In this document: piece after piece, positions 1 through 8,777 of the stretch | Numbering within the stretch: position 1 is the first letter of the stretch | How the letters are laid out: the number at the start of each line of letters is the position of its first letter | Source: a virus | IMG/VR virus record: IMGVR_UViG_3300013102_000002 | Location: 96,001 to 160,000 of that record | Length of the DNA stretch: 64,000 nt | Reading direction: 5' to 3' (one strand) | Translations under genes and position numbers: made by a program | The notes under the pieces: generated by a model | The model's database searches: none | Told to the model about the DNA's origin: nothing | The model's input: only the letters and a program-made list of their open reading frames with translations

Positions 1-10
1 CTTAAAGAGA

Positions 11-577
11 ATGCTCAATGTAATTAAAGTGGATCTTTACACAATTGAGCAAATGAGAGATTACGCAGAACAGAGAGAACGTCCAATGTTAGAGTGTTTG
101 ACTGCTGCTCGGGGACGTATAGATCAATTAGAAGCGGCTTGTATGGATATGAGCGAACAAAAAGAAAGAGCAGATAGAGCCGTAAAAGATAATGATAATC
201 TAAGCAATGAAAATTCCAGATTGAAAACAAGTCTATTATCAAAACAAACATTACTTAGAGATACGGATGCATCTAGAGAGGAGTGGAAGGAAAAGTTTTG
301 GAGTGTTTGCCATATTGCAAATGATGCTCGTGAAAAACTGGAAGACTGTAAAGACCAATTGTCCATTAGTGCAGAAAGAGAAAAGCATCACTTAGAACTA
401 GCAACCGAAGAAGCGGATAAGGTAAAGCGGTTGAGAGAGGAATCAACCGAGGCAGTAGAAAGCCTATATCAAATCATTCAGCGTGGCGATTTAACAAGTT
501 TGGATTTAGAACAGGCGGAGGAAGTATTCAATAGATTCTCAAAGTCACTTAAGGAGGTTACGAATGGTGAAATTTAA
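11..577 (+). CDS. Coiled-coil hypothetical phage protein (may start before the window)
   Basis: 188-aa ORF rich in E/K/L/A heptad-like pattern. Confidence 0.6.
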   Translation: MLNVIKVDLYTIEQMRDYAEQRERPMLECLTAARGRIDQLEAACMDMSEQKERADRAVKDNDNLSNENSRLKTSLLSKQTLLRDTDASREEWKEKFWSVCHIANDAREKLEDCKDQLSISAEREKHHLELATEEADKVKRLREESTEAVESLYQIIQRGDLTSLDLEQAEEVFNRFSKSLKEVTNGEI

Positions 578-716
578 CTTTACCAAGCAGCAAGTAATTG
601 TCCCGATACCATTGTTTTTGGATGAGCAAGGTATAAATAAAAACGCCAAATTGGTGAGTGTGGTAATCGAAGGGGATAAGGTCGTCATTACCTACAAAGA
701 CGGTAATAACCAATGA
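564..716 (+). CDS. 50-aa small protein, possible AbrB/MazE-type swapped hairpin; paralogue of 28007..28156
   Basis: AGGAGG at 552-557, ATG at 564; MVKFNFTKQQVIVPIPLFLDEQGINKNAKLVSVVIEGDKVVITYKDGNNQ; TGA overlaps the next ATG; below the ORF-track cut-off. Confidence 0.75.
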   Translation: MVKFNFTKQQVIVPIPLFLDEQGINKNAKLVSVVIEGDKVVITYKDGNNQ

Positions 717-1030
717 TATACAACGAAATCGTTAAGCAAAAATATCTTCAAACTATGAAGAATCGGCAAGTATCTGAGATATTTAGTTTATTTCATGAAA
801 TCGGCTCAGCTGAACAAATGCACAAGAAAGATATTTATGATTTCTCTAAGGATGAACTTAATCAAGTTCTGTTTATATTAAAGCCGTCAACTTTTAAACA
901 ATCAGTACAAAACAAAAAAATAGTTGAACAATACATTGATTGGGCGATTACACAAGCACATTCTGATATTAATTTTAATCCTCTTTCTTTATGGGGAAAT
1001 GATTGGTGTGAACAGCACATTGTTAAATGA
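713..1030 (+). CDS. Stand-alone N-terminal (core-binding/SAM-like) domain of MrpR/YopR family
   Basis: KDIYDFS..E.....L.P..........YIDWAI......NPL aligns with KDLYNFN..E.....MSP..........YIRWAI......NPL of 6473..7468. Confidence 0.75.
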   Translation: MIYNEIVKQKYLQTMKNRQVSEIFSLFHEIGSAEQMHKKDIYDFSKDELNQVLFILKPSTFKQSVQNKKIVEQYIDWAITQAHSDINFNPLSLWGNDWCEQHIVK

Positions 1031-1053
1031 ATTACATAAGTGTTATATTGACT

Positions 1054-1082
1054 AAGCCGACTTTAATTAAGGTTGGTTTTTT
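1054..1082 (+). terminator. Intrinsic terminator
   Basis: AAGCCGAC...GTTGGTTT hairpin followed by T run. Confidence 0.6.
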
Positions 1083-1136
1083 CTATATATTTTATGTTAC
1101 ATTTAATTAATCAAATATTATTATCCAAGTATAGGA

Positions 1137-1517
1137 GTGATTTTGATGCACCAAGTGTTCTCGGGTAATTTCATTATTCATAAGGGGCCGAATGGATACA
1201 AATCGCGCGAATTATCATCCTACATGACGCAACTATCAAAAGAAATTTTGGCCTATCTTCATTTTCTATTTATAACGGAAGAATCGATAAATTCTATGCT
1301 TGAGGACTATGAACTTAATCGAATTATGGATTCAGTAGTGAGTAAGAAGATTCCCAGAGAATTATTTGAAAACAGTCTCATGTCTGAAATGGATGGGTTC
1401 CCAGAATTTTATTCAGAAGAATTAATGAATAATTCATCAAACCCAAATGGGGAAATTTTAACAGTAGATATTATGAAAAAGATAGTAATAAGCTTGATTG
1501 AGAAGAAGGCCACATGA
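1137..1517 (+). CDS. Hypothetical protein (moron-like, own transcription unit)
   Basis: 126-aa ORF with AGGAG RBS, flanked by hairpins. Confidence 0.65.
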   Translation: MILMHQVFSGNFIIHKGPNGYKSRELSSYMTQLSKEILAYLHFLFITEESINSMLEDYELNRIMDSVVSKKIPRELFENSLMSEMDGFPEFYSEELMNNSSNPNGEILTVDIMKKIVISLIEKKAT

Positions 1518-1821
1518 AATACGAATTTTATCTAAAATTGCGATGAAAAAACCCTTGATTTATAAGGGTTTTTTGTTTTGTCTTTTTATGAAAATTTTGA
1601 ATTTTGGAATTTTTTCTGTTTAAGAGTGAAAATATAAGGTTAATACAAAATAAGAGAGACATTAGTCACGTATATACATATTCCCAGCAGTAATGCAGTA
1701 CTTTTCAATTTTCAGAGAATGTCAACACCAAAACACACTATTATCCTAATTTATGTAAGGAAATTTTGTGCAACAACATTTGTATTGACAAAAACAAAAA
1801 CATTTGAATTTATTGACGTTT

Positions 1822-1835
1822 AGAACAAATGTTCG
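1822..1835. promoter_or_regulatory. LexA/DinR SOS box upstream of mazF-like gene
   Basis: AGAACAAATGTTCG fits the Firmicute GAAC-N4-GTTC box; immediately after a TTGACG -35-like hexamer (1813-1818). Confidence 0.75.
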
Positions 1836-1944
1836 CTTGTGAAAATAACTATCACTAGGTATAATAAATATATAAATAGTTAATAATAAAAGTACATAGT
1901 GATAGAAAAAATAGAGTGAAGCAAGAACAATAATAATCGGGAGT

Positions 1945-2349
1945 GTGGTACATATGAGCATGGTCATGGAACGAGTGGAAATGAATAAAAATACTAAAAT
2001 CGATGTAAGGAAATATGAAGTGTGGATGGCTGATTTAAACTCAGACGGTTCTGTACAAGGAGGAAGAAGACCAGTTGTTATTGTATCCAACAATCTTCAC
2101 AATAAATTTTCTCCGACTGCCATTATTGTACCGACAACAGGAAGCAAAACAAAACGTCCGCTTCCTACTCATGTCGATCTAATTGCTTCTGAGACAGGAT
2201 TTATTAAAAACAGTGTTATGCTGTGTGAGCAAATCACTTCTATTGACAAAGAACGACTGAAGTGGAAAATAACCGACCTCCCTCTAAATTATCATGGGAT
2301 AATTAGTAAAGCCGTAGGAGTAGCGACTTCCGATGTACAAGTTTACTAA
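1945..2349 (+). CDS. mazF: PemK/MazF-family endoribonuclease toxin (start uncertain)
   Basis: GSVQGGRRPVVIVSN, PTT, LPTHV, SVMLCEQITSIDKERL motifs. Confidence 0.9.
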   Translation: MVHMSMVMERVEMNKNTKIDVRKYEVWMADLNSDGSVQGGRRPVVIVSNNLHNKFSPTAIIVPTTGSKTKRPLPTHVDLIASETGFIKNSVMLCEQITSIDKERLKWKITDLPLNYHGIISKAVGVATSDVQVY

Positions 2350-2357
2350 ATAAATAT

Positions 2358-2390
2358 AAAAAGAAGAGGTTTTTATACCTCTTCTTTTTT
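2358..2390. terminator. Bidirectional terminator between convergent mazF and XRE gene
   Basis: AAAAAGAAGAGGT-TTTTAT-ACCTCTTCTTTTT. Confidence 0.75.
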
Positions 2391-2603
2391 AGAATCATCT
2401 TTGTGATATTTAAACAAATCAATAATATCAATATCTAACTCATCACATATTGAGACAATATTCTTTAGAGGAATTTGTTTGGCTGTATTATTGCACATTT
2501 CATTGATAGTTGAATGCCTTATGTTGGTACGTCTAGAAAGTTCTCTTTTAGTAATCCCCTTGCTATCTAGTATGTATTGTAATCTTATCTCAACCCATGA
2601 CAT
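2373..2603 (-). CDS. Cro/C1-type (HTH_26, YozG-like) transcriptional regulator
   Basis: LQYILDSKGITKRELSRRTNIRHSTINEMCNN...IVSICDELDIDIIDLF HTH pattern. Confidence 0.85.
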   Translation of the reverse strand: MSWVEIRLQYILDSKGITKRELSRRTNIRHSTINEMCNNTAKQIPLKNIVSICDELDIDIIDLFKYHKDDSKKEEV

Positions 2604-2631
2604 GATGTATCCCCCTGAGAATAATTAAGTA

Positions 2632-2684
2632 TTGACTTATAAAAGGTAATCTAGTATATTAAGGGTGGAACGATAATCGTTCCA
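2632..2684 (+). promoter_or_regulatory. SigA-type promoter plus perfect palindromic operator
   Basis: TTGACT-17-TATATT (2632-2660); TGGAACGAT-A-ATCGTTCCA at 2666-2684. Confidence 0.65.
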
Positions 2685-2710
2685 AAATTTAAGCATAGAA
2701 AAATCTCCCC

Positions 2711-3001
2711 ATGAATATGGAGAGATACTTATTAAGCAATCATAACAGAGTTAGAAATGAAATCATAGGCAAAATATTACATCGAGGTGCAGTCAGAATT
2801 ATGCCTAAAACGGGAAGATATTGTTTACAACGTCTGGTTTATTTTGATCCAGAAAGCAGACTTGAAACCTGGAAAATAACAAATTTAAAAAGTGATAGTG
2901 TCCATGCTTTTAGCAATTTTAATACTGAATTATACAGAATATTTGATACATTAGAAAACAAAGTTATTCCATTTATAGAAATTAAAAACATCATAGAGTA
3001 A
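2711..3001 (+). CDS. Hypothetical protein
   Basis: 96-aa ORF after promoter. Confidence 0.5.
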   Translation: MNMERYLLSNHNRVRNEIIGKILHRGAVRIMPKTGRYCLQRLVYFDPESRLETWKITNLKSDSVHAFSNFNTELYRIFDTLENKVIPFIEIKNIIE

Positions 3002-3075
3002 TATATTATATTTTTTATAATGAATAAAAATATGACAAATAATAATTAAATGATGTATAGAAGGGTGGAACTTAA

Positions 3076-3375
3076 ATGAATATTACATACAAGCATCTTC
3101 CCAAACATAAAAAGTTCTTAGTTCAAATGAGCGGCAGAGCTAATAGATATTGTTACGAGGTGAGGTATGAAATAGAAGTTGATCGAGGAGAAAGAATTGT
3201 TGAGGGAATCAATATTCTAAAAAAAGATATGTTGAACAGCGAAGAACTAACAAAAGAAACTTTAGCAATATTCAATACAAATTTTAAACGTGATTATTAT
3301 AGGATATTTAGGCTATTGTCGGTTGAACTTATAAATGCTTACTATATCAAACCAGACTTTCTGAAGGGGATATGA
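3076..3375 (+). CDS. Hypothetical protein
   Basis: 99-aa ORF, AAGGGTG RBS; C-terminus (FNTNF..DYYRIF) resembles that of 2711..3001 (FSNFNTELYRIF). Confidence 0.6.
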   Translation: MNITYKHLPKHKKFLVQMSGRANRYCYEVRYEIEVDRGERIVEGINILKKDMLNSEELTKETLAIFNTNFKRDYYRIFRLLSVELINAYYIKPDFLKGI

Positions 3376-3379
3376 CTAG

Positions 3380-3643
3380 ATGGATGATCAAGTTGAATTG
3401 ACTGTCAAATTGGTGCAGGTGGATCGTGGAAACGATTTTTATGATAGATACTTGAGACCAAAAGATGTTAGTACATACACCTTTGAAAGCAATAGGGAGC
3501 GGTATGTATGGCAGATCAATAATCCCTATGAAGAGGGCTTGATCGAGGGAGATTATTATAAGATATGTGCAACCAAAGGGAAAAGATTGTTTGGTGGAAG
3601 AGGAGTTGCACTAATTGATGTAGTGATAACATCCTATATCTAA
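3380..3643 (+). CDS. Hypothetical protein
   Basis: 87-aa ORF, GGGG RBS. Confidence 0.6.
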   Translation: MDDQVELTVKLVQVDRGNDFYDRYLRPKDVSTYTFESNRERYVWQINNPYEEGLIEGDYYKICATKGKRLFGGRGVALIDVVITSYI

Positions 3644-3791
3644 CCAAGAAAAAACTAAATAGTGTACCATAAAAAGTTCTATACATATGCAAATAAATGA
3701 CTTTAAAGTTGTTTATTTGTGTATAATAGGACTTTTTATTGTTATTTATTAAAATAGTATTGCAATTTTTAATCACAATGGTAAATTAGGT

Positions 3792-4283
3792 TTGGGGGTG
3801 ATATGTCTGGGGTATATTAGTGAAGATAAGAATTCTTTAAGCATTATGACATACACTTTAAACAGTGGAATAAAATCGACAGTGCCTTTGTCTGCCATAC
3901 AGATTGAAGAATGGAAAGAATGCTACCAAAATGATAAGAAGTTTATAGTAAATGTAGGAACAGAAACGTTTGGCTTGAATCCGTCCTTAGTAGCGGATTG
4001 GAGAGTACATAATAAATATTCGGAACACAGAAAACAAATTGAATGTACTATTAAAGACGTAACCCCCAATATTGAATTAAAGAATGCCTACGAAAGAGCT
4101 AAAGTTTTGATAAAAGTTGATTGCAAATGTGGAACAACTTATACTACGGAATCAACAAAAAGAAAAGTTTGGTCCTGTAGCAAATGTAAGCAAGAAGTAT
4201 ATATTATTGATGATAGTCTACATGATACAAATAAAGGAAAAGCATACGTAATGTCGAATAAGGTAAATATGTTTAAAAATTAA
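3792..4283 (+). CDS. Zn-ribbon hypothetical protein
   Basis: CKCG...CSKC in C-terminal half. Confidence 0.65.
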   Translation: MGVICLGYISEDKNSLSIMTYTLNSGIKSTVPLSAIQIEEWKECYQNDKKFIVNVGTETFGLNPSLVADWRVHNKYSEHRKQIECTIKDVTPNIELKNAYERAKVLIKVDCKCGTTYTTESTKRKVWSCSKCKQEVYIIDDSLHDTNKGKAYVMSNKVNMFKN

Positions 4284-4284
4284 A

Positions 4285-5076
4285 GTGGAAAGGAAACTTA
4301 ATTTGATCAATAAAAAATTAGAAAGCAAACTTAAGGAACTTGAAAGAAGTCATGGCTATTTGAATGTTGAACTATATGATAAATACAGAGGCAAAGAATA
4401 TCCTTCAAGCGAAACCATAAAGAAAAGCTATAATCAATCTTTGGTTGAAATATTAAAAAACCTAAAAATTAAAAATAAAGAAGATTATACCATAGAAAAA
4501 AACAGACCAGTCGCCATAAGCAATATGAAGTTATTGTTCTTAGAACATGGAGAAATATCTAAGTCGTTGTATGATAGAGCTAAATTATTGCCCAGCAGTG
4601 AGTACATTACAAAAAAATATGGATGGGAAGAATTAGCTAAAGAAGCAAATGTCAAATTGGCTAATTCTCAGTACACATCGAGTGGAGCAGTTCTAAGTGA
4701 GTTGAGGTTTAGAATAAAGGAACTAGGTTACATACCAACAAGTAAAGAGTATGAACAATTAAAGCTAAAACCCTCTTTAGAAGTTTTGCGAAAGTATAGA
4801 TTTACATTTGTAAGTGCTATGCGTAAATGTGGATTTAAAACATATAATAAACCAGTTACAGTTAAAGATAAGATTTGCAACAGTAAGAATTGCTTCAGGC
4901 AGTTTACTCCTGTAGATGATGAAATATATTGCGATGAATGTTATAAGGACTTAAGATCCAGACTTATTAAAGAGATAGGTAATATGAATCAACAAAGACT
5001 TAGAGATGTCTGCCAAAAGCTAATATATACAGGAAACAAACAAAAGACAATATTAGACATATTTAACAATATGTAA
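4285..5076 (+). CDS. Protein with three homing-endonuclease-associated-type repeats and a C-terminal Zn ribbon (probable DNA binder)
   Basis: Repeats YPSSETIKKSY / LPSSEYITKKY / KPSLEVLRKY; LGYIPTSKEY; CNSKNC...CDEC. Confidence 0.6.
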   Translation: MERKLNLINKKLESKLKELERSHGYLNVELYDKYRGKEYPSSETIKKSYNQSLVEILKNLKIKNKEDYTIEKNRPVAISNMKLLFLEHGEISKSLYDRAKLLPSSEYITKKYGWEELAKEANVKLANSQYTSSGAVLSELRFRIKELGYIPTSKEYEQLKLKPSLEVLRKYRFTFVSAMRKCGFKTYNKPVTVKDKICNSKNCFRQFTPVDDEIYCDECYKDLRSRLIKEIGNMNQQRLRDVCQKLIYTGNKQKTILDIFNNM

Positions 5077-5151
5077 AATTAGCGAAATAATTAATGAGAA
5101 TTTATTATATTTATATTTTATGATATAATTTAAATAAGGAGATGAACTCAA

Positions 5152-6483
5152 TTGAAAAAAGACAGAGATCAGCTTGAAACATTAATTGCGGAGACAATTG
5201 CAGAAGTTAAAGTTGATCGGAAAAAAGTGTTGAAAGTTAATAATTTCCTCTCTGAATCAGGAGTATCATTAGGAACATTTGATGAGATATCAAAGGGAGA
5301 TAAGCAATTATCAACATTAGAATCATCAATGTTATGTGTTTTATCCGATGCTCTGTATGAACTAACTGCTAACGGGAATCTCAAACCTGACCAATGGTTT
5401 ACCACTAAAGAAATAAGTTATGCAAAAAAGGAATTAATGAACAATACAGAAACCAATAGAATAATGTTGCCTATAGCTCTTGAAAATGTTGAGATGGTAA
5501 GTATAGACAATTATATCACTAAAATTAAGATGTCCGATTTAGTTCAATGGTTTCACTCGCAGTTAATCATTTATGATTTTGATACTCAAAGAAGTGCAAA
5601 GTTTAAAACTGGTAAGAATGGAGTTGTACCTGTACCAGATATTAATTTAAAAAGCGTTGTAGATATTGCAGATAATATGTTAAATGGTACATACCTAGAG
5701 GATATGATTACTCTAAATATTTACTCAGACGAAACTGAGGCAGTTGATTATAACTCTAAATCTCGGCTGTTGACGGTTAATGAACAAGCGGTAATATCTA
5801 TCCTTGATGGGTTTCATCGTCTACAGGGAGGTGTGAGGGCCTGTGCAACCAACCCCGAGTTAGAGCAGATGATGATTCTTTCAATTAGATCATATGATAC
5901 AGATACGGCCAAGAAGTATTTTGGACAAATCAATACCATAAACGTAGTGAAAAAAGAAAGATTGAAGGAACTGAAGTCTCAAAAATTCTCAGATTTAGTC
6001 GTTAAAGATCTTCAACAAAAAACTGATCTTAAGGGCAAGATTGCATCAGCATCAAGAATAAGCGAATTGGCTGGACAATTGACCACCTTTGACATACTTT
6101 CACATGCTATTGACAATGTTTATAAACCTAAAAGCAGACTTGATGCAATGGAGATATCAGAAAAACTCACGAAATTTTTTAATTGGTTGGCAGGTAGTTT
6201 TGTTGATGAGTTTATAACAAATCCTAACAATTATAGGGATGAGAATATTAATCATTCTCTTATATTTTTAGGATATGTCGTAATTGCTAAATACTTTGAA
6301 GACAACCAAATTCCATACAAGGACATAAAGAGTTTTATCGAAAATAAAATAGATTTTAAAGACAAGAAGTTAATTGAGCTTTTAAATAATAAGCGTGGAA
6401 TCAACAATGCAAAAGTAAGAAATGATGTAATTAAATATTTTGAGCGGCTGATAGGAATAGGAGTGGATCAAGATGTCCAATAA
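5152..6483 (+). CDS. DndB/DGQHR-like (ParB/Srx fold) protein, SPbeta YopQ-like lysogeny-switch component
   Basis: ISILDGFHRLQG motif, YDFDTQR, F.QINT; lies directly upstream of the MrpR-like gene as yopQ-yopR do in SPbeta. Confidence 0.75.
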   Translation: MKKDRDQLETLIAETIAEVKVDRKKVLKVNNFLSESGVSLGTFDEISKGDKQLSTLESSMLCVLSDALYELTANGNLKPDQWFTTKEISYAKKELMNNTETNRIMLPIALENVEMVSIDNYITKIKMSDLVQWFHSQLIIYDFDTQRSAKFKTGKNGVVPVPDINLKSVVDIADNMLNGTYLEDMITLNIYSDETEAVDYNSKSRLLTVNEQAVISILDGFHRLQGGVRACATNPELEQMMILSIRSYDTDTAKKYFGQINTINVVKKERLKELKSQKFSDLVVKDLQQKTDLKGKIASASRISELAGQLTTFDILSHAIDNVYKPKSRLDAMEISEKLTKFFNWLAGSFVDEFITNPNNYRDENINHSLIFLGYVVIAKYFEDNQIPYKDIKSFIENKIDFKDKKLIELLNNKRGINNAKVRNDVIKYFERLIGIGVDQDVQ

Positions 6484-7468
6484 AATATATGAAGATGGAT
6501 TTTTTAATGAATCCCATAAAGAAATGTATCTTAAAGATCTAAGTGAAAAAACTTACGTGTCCTATGCAAGAGTCCTAAAAAGAGCACGATATGTAGAAGA
6601 ACAATTAGGTAAAGACCTATATAACTTTAATGTGTCTGAGATAGAACAACTACTTACATTTATGTCGCCTGGGTCTTATTCAGTAAGCGGTGGAAACATA
6701 AACGTAATTAGAACTTATATAAGATGGGCAATTCAACAAGACTTAAGAGTTGATAACATCAATCCGTTAGACTCCGTTATCAGTGATGAATTTATAAACA
6801 AGTTTATTGACACAACAAACAAGAAACTATTTACCGAAGAAGAAATTAATACAATCGTTGGTGGACTACAAAGCTTCCAGGATGCAGCAATAATACAATG
6901 TCTGTTTGAGGGAATAATGGGACATGAGTACTCTGAGATTTTAAACATACTCAAAGGCGATGTAGATAGGGATAGTACTAAACTAGAGGTAAGAAATTCT
7001 CCAGCATCAGGACCAATGGAAAGAAGAGTAGCCGAAGTGAGTCCTAAATTAATGAACTTACTGTACAGTGCAGCAAACGAGACAGAATACTTAAAGTTTA
7101 ATGGGATGAGTAATTCTAAAGCTCAGAGAATCGAATTAATCGAGAATGAGTATGTATTTAGATCGGTTAAACTCAGAGTGGTTAATTATGAAAGAGCAAG
7201 TAATCATTTAGTGTTAAGAAGAATAAAGAGTATTAGGGAATGGTATGGATATCCTCATCTAACTGCAACAGGAATAAAAAACTCAGGTATGCTTAAGATG
7301 GCTAGAGATCTTTATGTAGTAAATAAGACTTTAACCCGAGAAGATATAAATAAGATTTGTAAACGATTTGGAGCGAACGCAATTGCTACAACAAGGCTCA
7401 CAAAAGACTTTTTAAATGTAGATACAATCAGGTCGCTTTATCCAGAAGTAGATGAAGAACAAGCCTAA
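6473..7468 (+). CDS. mrpR: MrpR/YopR-like master repressor of lytic cycle (catalytically degenerate tyrosine-recombinase fold)
   Basis: Integrase SAM-like N-terminus, FTEEEI, LFEGI.G...SEILNI...D; the HxLRH motif is replaced by TGIKNSG. Confidence 0.8.
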   Translation: MSNKIYEDGFFNESHKEMYLKDLSEKTYVSYARVLKRARYVEEQLGKDLYNFNVSEIEQLLTFMSPGSYSVSGGNINVIRTYIRWAIQQDLRVDNINPLDSVISDEFINKFIDTTNKKLFTEEEINTIVGGLQSFQDAAIIQCLFEGIMGHEYSEILNILKGDVDRDSTKLEVRNSPASGPMERRVAEVSPKLMNLLYSAANETEYLKFNGMSNSKAQRIELIENEYVFRSVKLRVVNYERASNHLVLRRIKSIREWYGYPHLTATGIKNSGMLKMARDLYVVNKTLTREDINKICKRFGANAIATTRLTKDFLNVDTIRSLYPEVDEEQA

Positions 7469-7487
7469 AACTTGTTCTTCTTTTTTT
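7454..7487 (+). terminator. Intrinsic terminator after mrpR-like gene
   Basis: GAAGAACAAG-CCTAAAA-CTTGTTCTTC plus T7. Confidence 0.8.
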
Positions 7488-7498
7488 GTTTAAAAGTG

Positions 7499-7562
7499 TT
7501 GACTTTGGCTTTTACGCATGATATATTGAGTACATAAGAAATACATATATTTATTAATTAAA
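7499..7562 (+). promoter_or_regulatory. SigA-type promoter of the agr-like operon with phage operator motif
   Basis: TTGACT-17-TATATT with TG extension; reverse copy of TTTAATWAATAAATAT at 7547-7562. Confidence 0.7.
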
Positions 7563-7591
7563 ACAACATCATAAAAGGAGACAAGAGAAAG

Positions 7592-8248
7592 ATGCTAGAT
7601 GCGATTATTTATGTAGGGTTTGCAGCAATTGAAGTTTACTCAATTATGTTTTTGATAATGTCAATTGCAAGGATGAATATTTTTGAATACATAAAGGAGT
7701 CTACGGTAGGAGTAGTGATTGTTTCGATCTGCACTTACTTATTTAAAGAATCTACGATATTGAGTCAGATATCTCCTATGATATGTCTCCTGCTGTTTTT
7801 ATCAATTTTAATCTTTATCTTTAGGGTTTCAACAATCCACTCAATAATCATTGTGTTGATCGGATACATAACATGCCTTATTATACAGGGAGTATTTATC
7901 TTTATTCCAACAATTTTTTCAAACTTAACCTTTGACGAAATAAAAGCCAACGATACTCTGAGATACTCCTTTCAAACAATTAATGCAATAATCATCTTCT
8001 CCCTGGGGCATTTTCTTAGAAAGAAAAACATTGGATTTTTATTTGTTCCTTATGCACCATCATTTAAGTTTAAAATCACAAAAACAAATTTGAATATCGT
8101 CTATCTATTGATACTTGCAGTACTCGCATTAAGTTCAATTCTAGAGATCGGTAAGATGTACATTGGAATCTTTATGCTAATCATTCTGTTTAATTTCGCG
8201 CTATTTATGGGACTGAGAAGAGAAAGAGGGTCGGTTAAGTTTGATTGA
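7592..8248 (+). CDS. Polytopic membrane protein resembling an AgrC sensor module without the histidine kinase domain
   Basis: About 6-7 hydrophobic segments, no H-box or HATPase; overlaps the agrB start. Confidence 0.7.
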   Translation: MLDAIIYVGFAAIEVYSIMFLIMSIARMNIFEYIKESTVGVVIVSICTYLFKESTILSQISPMICLLLFLSILIFIFRVSTIHSIIIVLIGYITCLIIQGVFIFIPTIFSNLTFDEIKANDTLRYSFQTINAIIIFSLGHFLRKKNIGFLFVPYAPSFKFKITKTNLNIVYLLILAVLALSSILEIGKMYIGIFMLIILFNFALFMGLRRERGSVKFD

Positions 8249-8777
8249 TAAAATATGCGGATTGGCTACAAACTATTTTCATAAATATGATGGAATGCCC
8301 GAAAAAGACGTAATAGAATATTCGCTTAAATTCATCTTAACAAATATAATTACATTTCTATTAATTATAGCATTGGGACTGACAACTGGGAATATCATCA
8401 ATGTTCTTATTGCTGCATTATCTTTTTCTTTACTAAGAGTTTTCTCTGGGGGGATACACATCAAAAACCCCGATTTATGTATATTAACATCTTTGACTGT
8501 GGTTTATGCATTAGCAAATCTACCAAGTTATATTAGTCCTGAATATGTAAAAGTTTTTATGGTCATTACTTTTCTATTAGTAATTATATATGCTCCTTCA
8601 AAAATAGAAGATCACTCTATATTAAGAAAAGAAAAGCACTATATATTTAAAATAATTTCCATAATTATAGTGTTTGCTGGAATCATTGGCAAGAATGAAA
8701 TTATACAGTTTTCTTTTTTTGTGCAAAGTCTAACCCTCATCAATATTCGCATGAAGGGGGGTGAAATTAATGAATAA
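8241..8777 (+). CDS. agrB: AgrB peptide-processing membrane protease
   Basis: LRVFSGGIHIKNPDLC (catalytic His and Cys), YSLKF, IYAPS, QSLTL motifs. Confidence 0.93.
   Translation: MIDKICGLATNYFHKYDGMPEKDVIEYSLKFILTNIITFLLIIALGLTTGNIINVLIAALSFSLLRVFSGGIHIKNPDLCILTSLTVVYALANLPSYISPEYVKVFMVITFLLVIIYAPSKIEDHSILRKEKHYIFKIISIIIVFAGIIGKNEIIQFSFFVQSLTLINIRMKGGEINE

Noticed and set aside
5152-6483. Phosphorothioate (dnd) modification system
   Set aside because: Only a DndB-like fold protein; no dndACDE or ssp genes; context is the SPbeta switch operon
6473-7468. Active phage integrase
   Set aside because: Catalytic R and HxxR positions appear replaced (EGIMG, TGIKNSG); context matches the MrpR repressor
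7592-8248. Frameshifted agrC pseudogene
   Set aside because: ORF ends overlapping the agrB start, with no space for or remnant of a kinase domain
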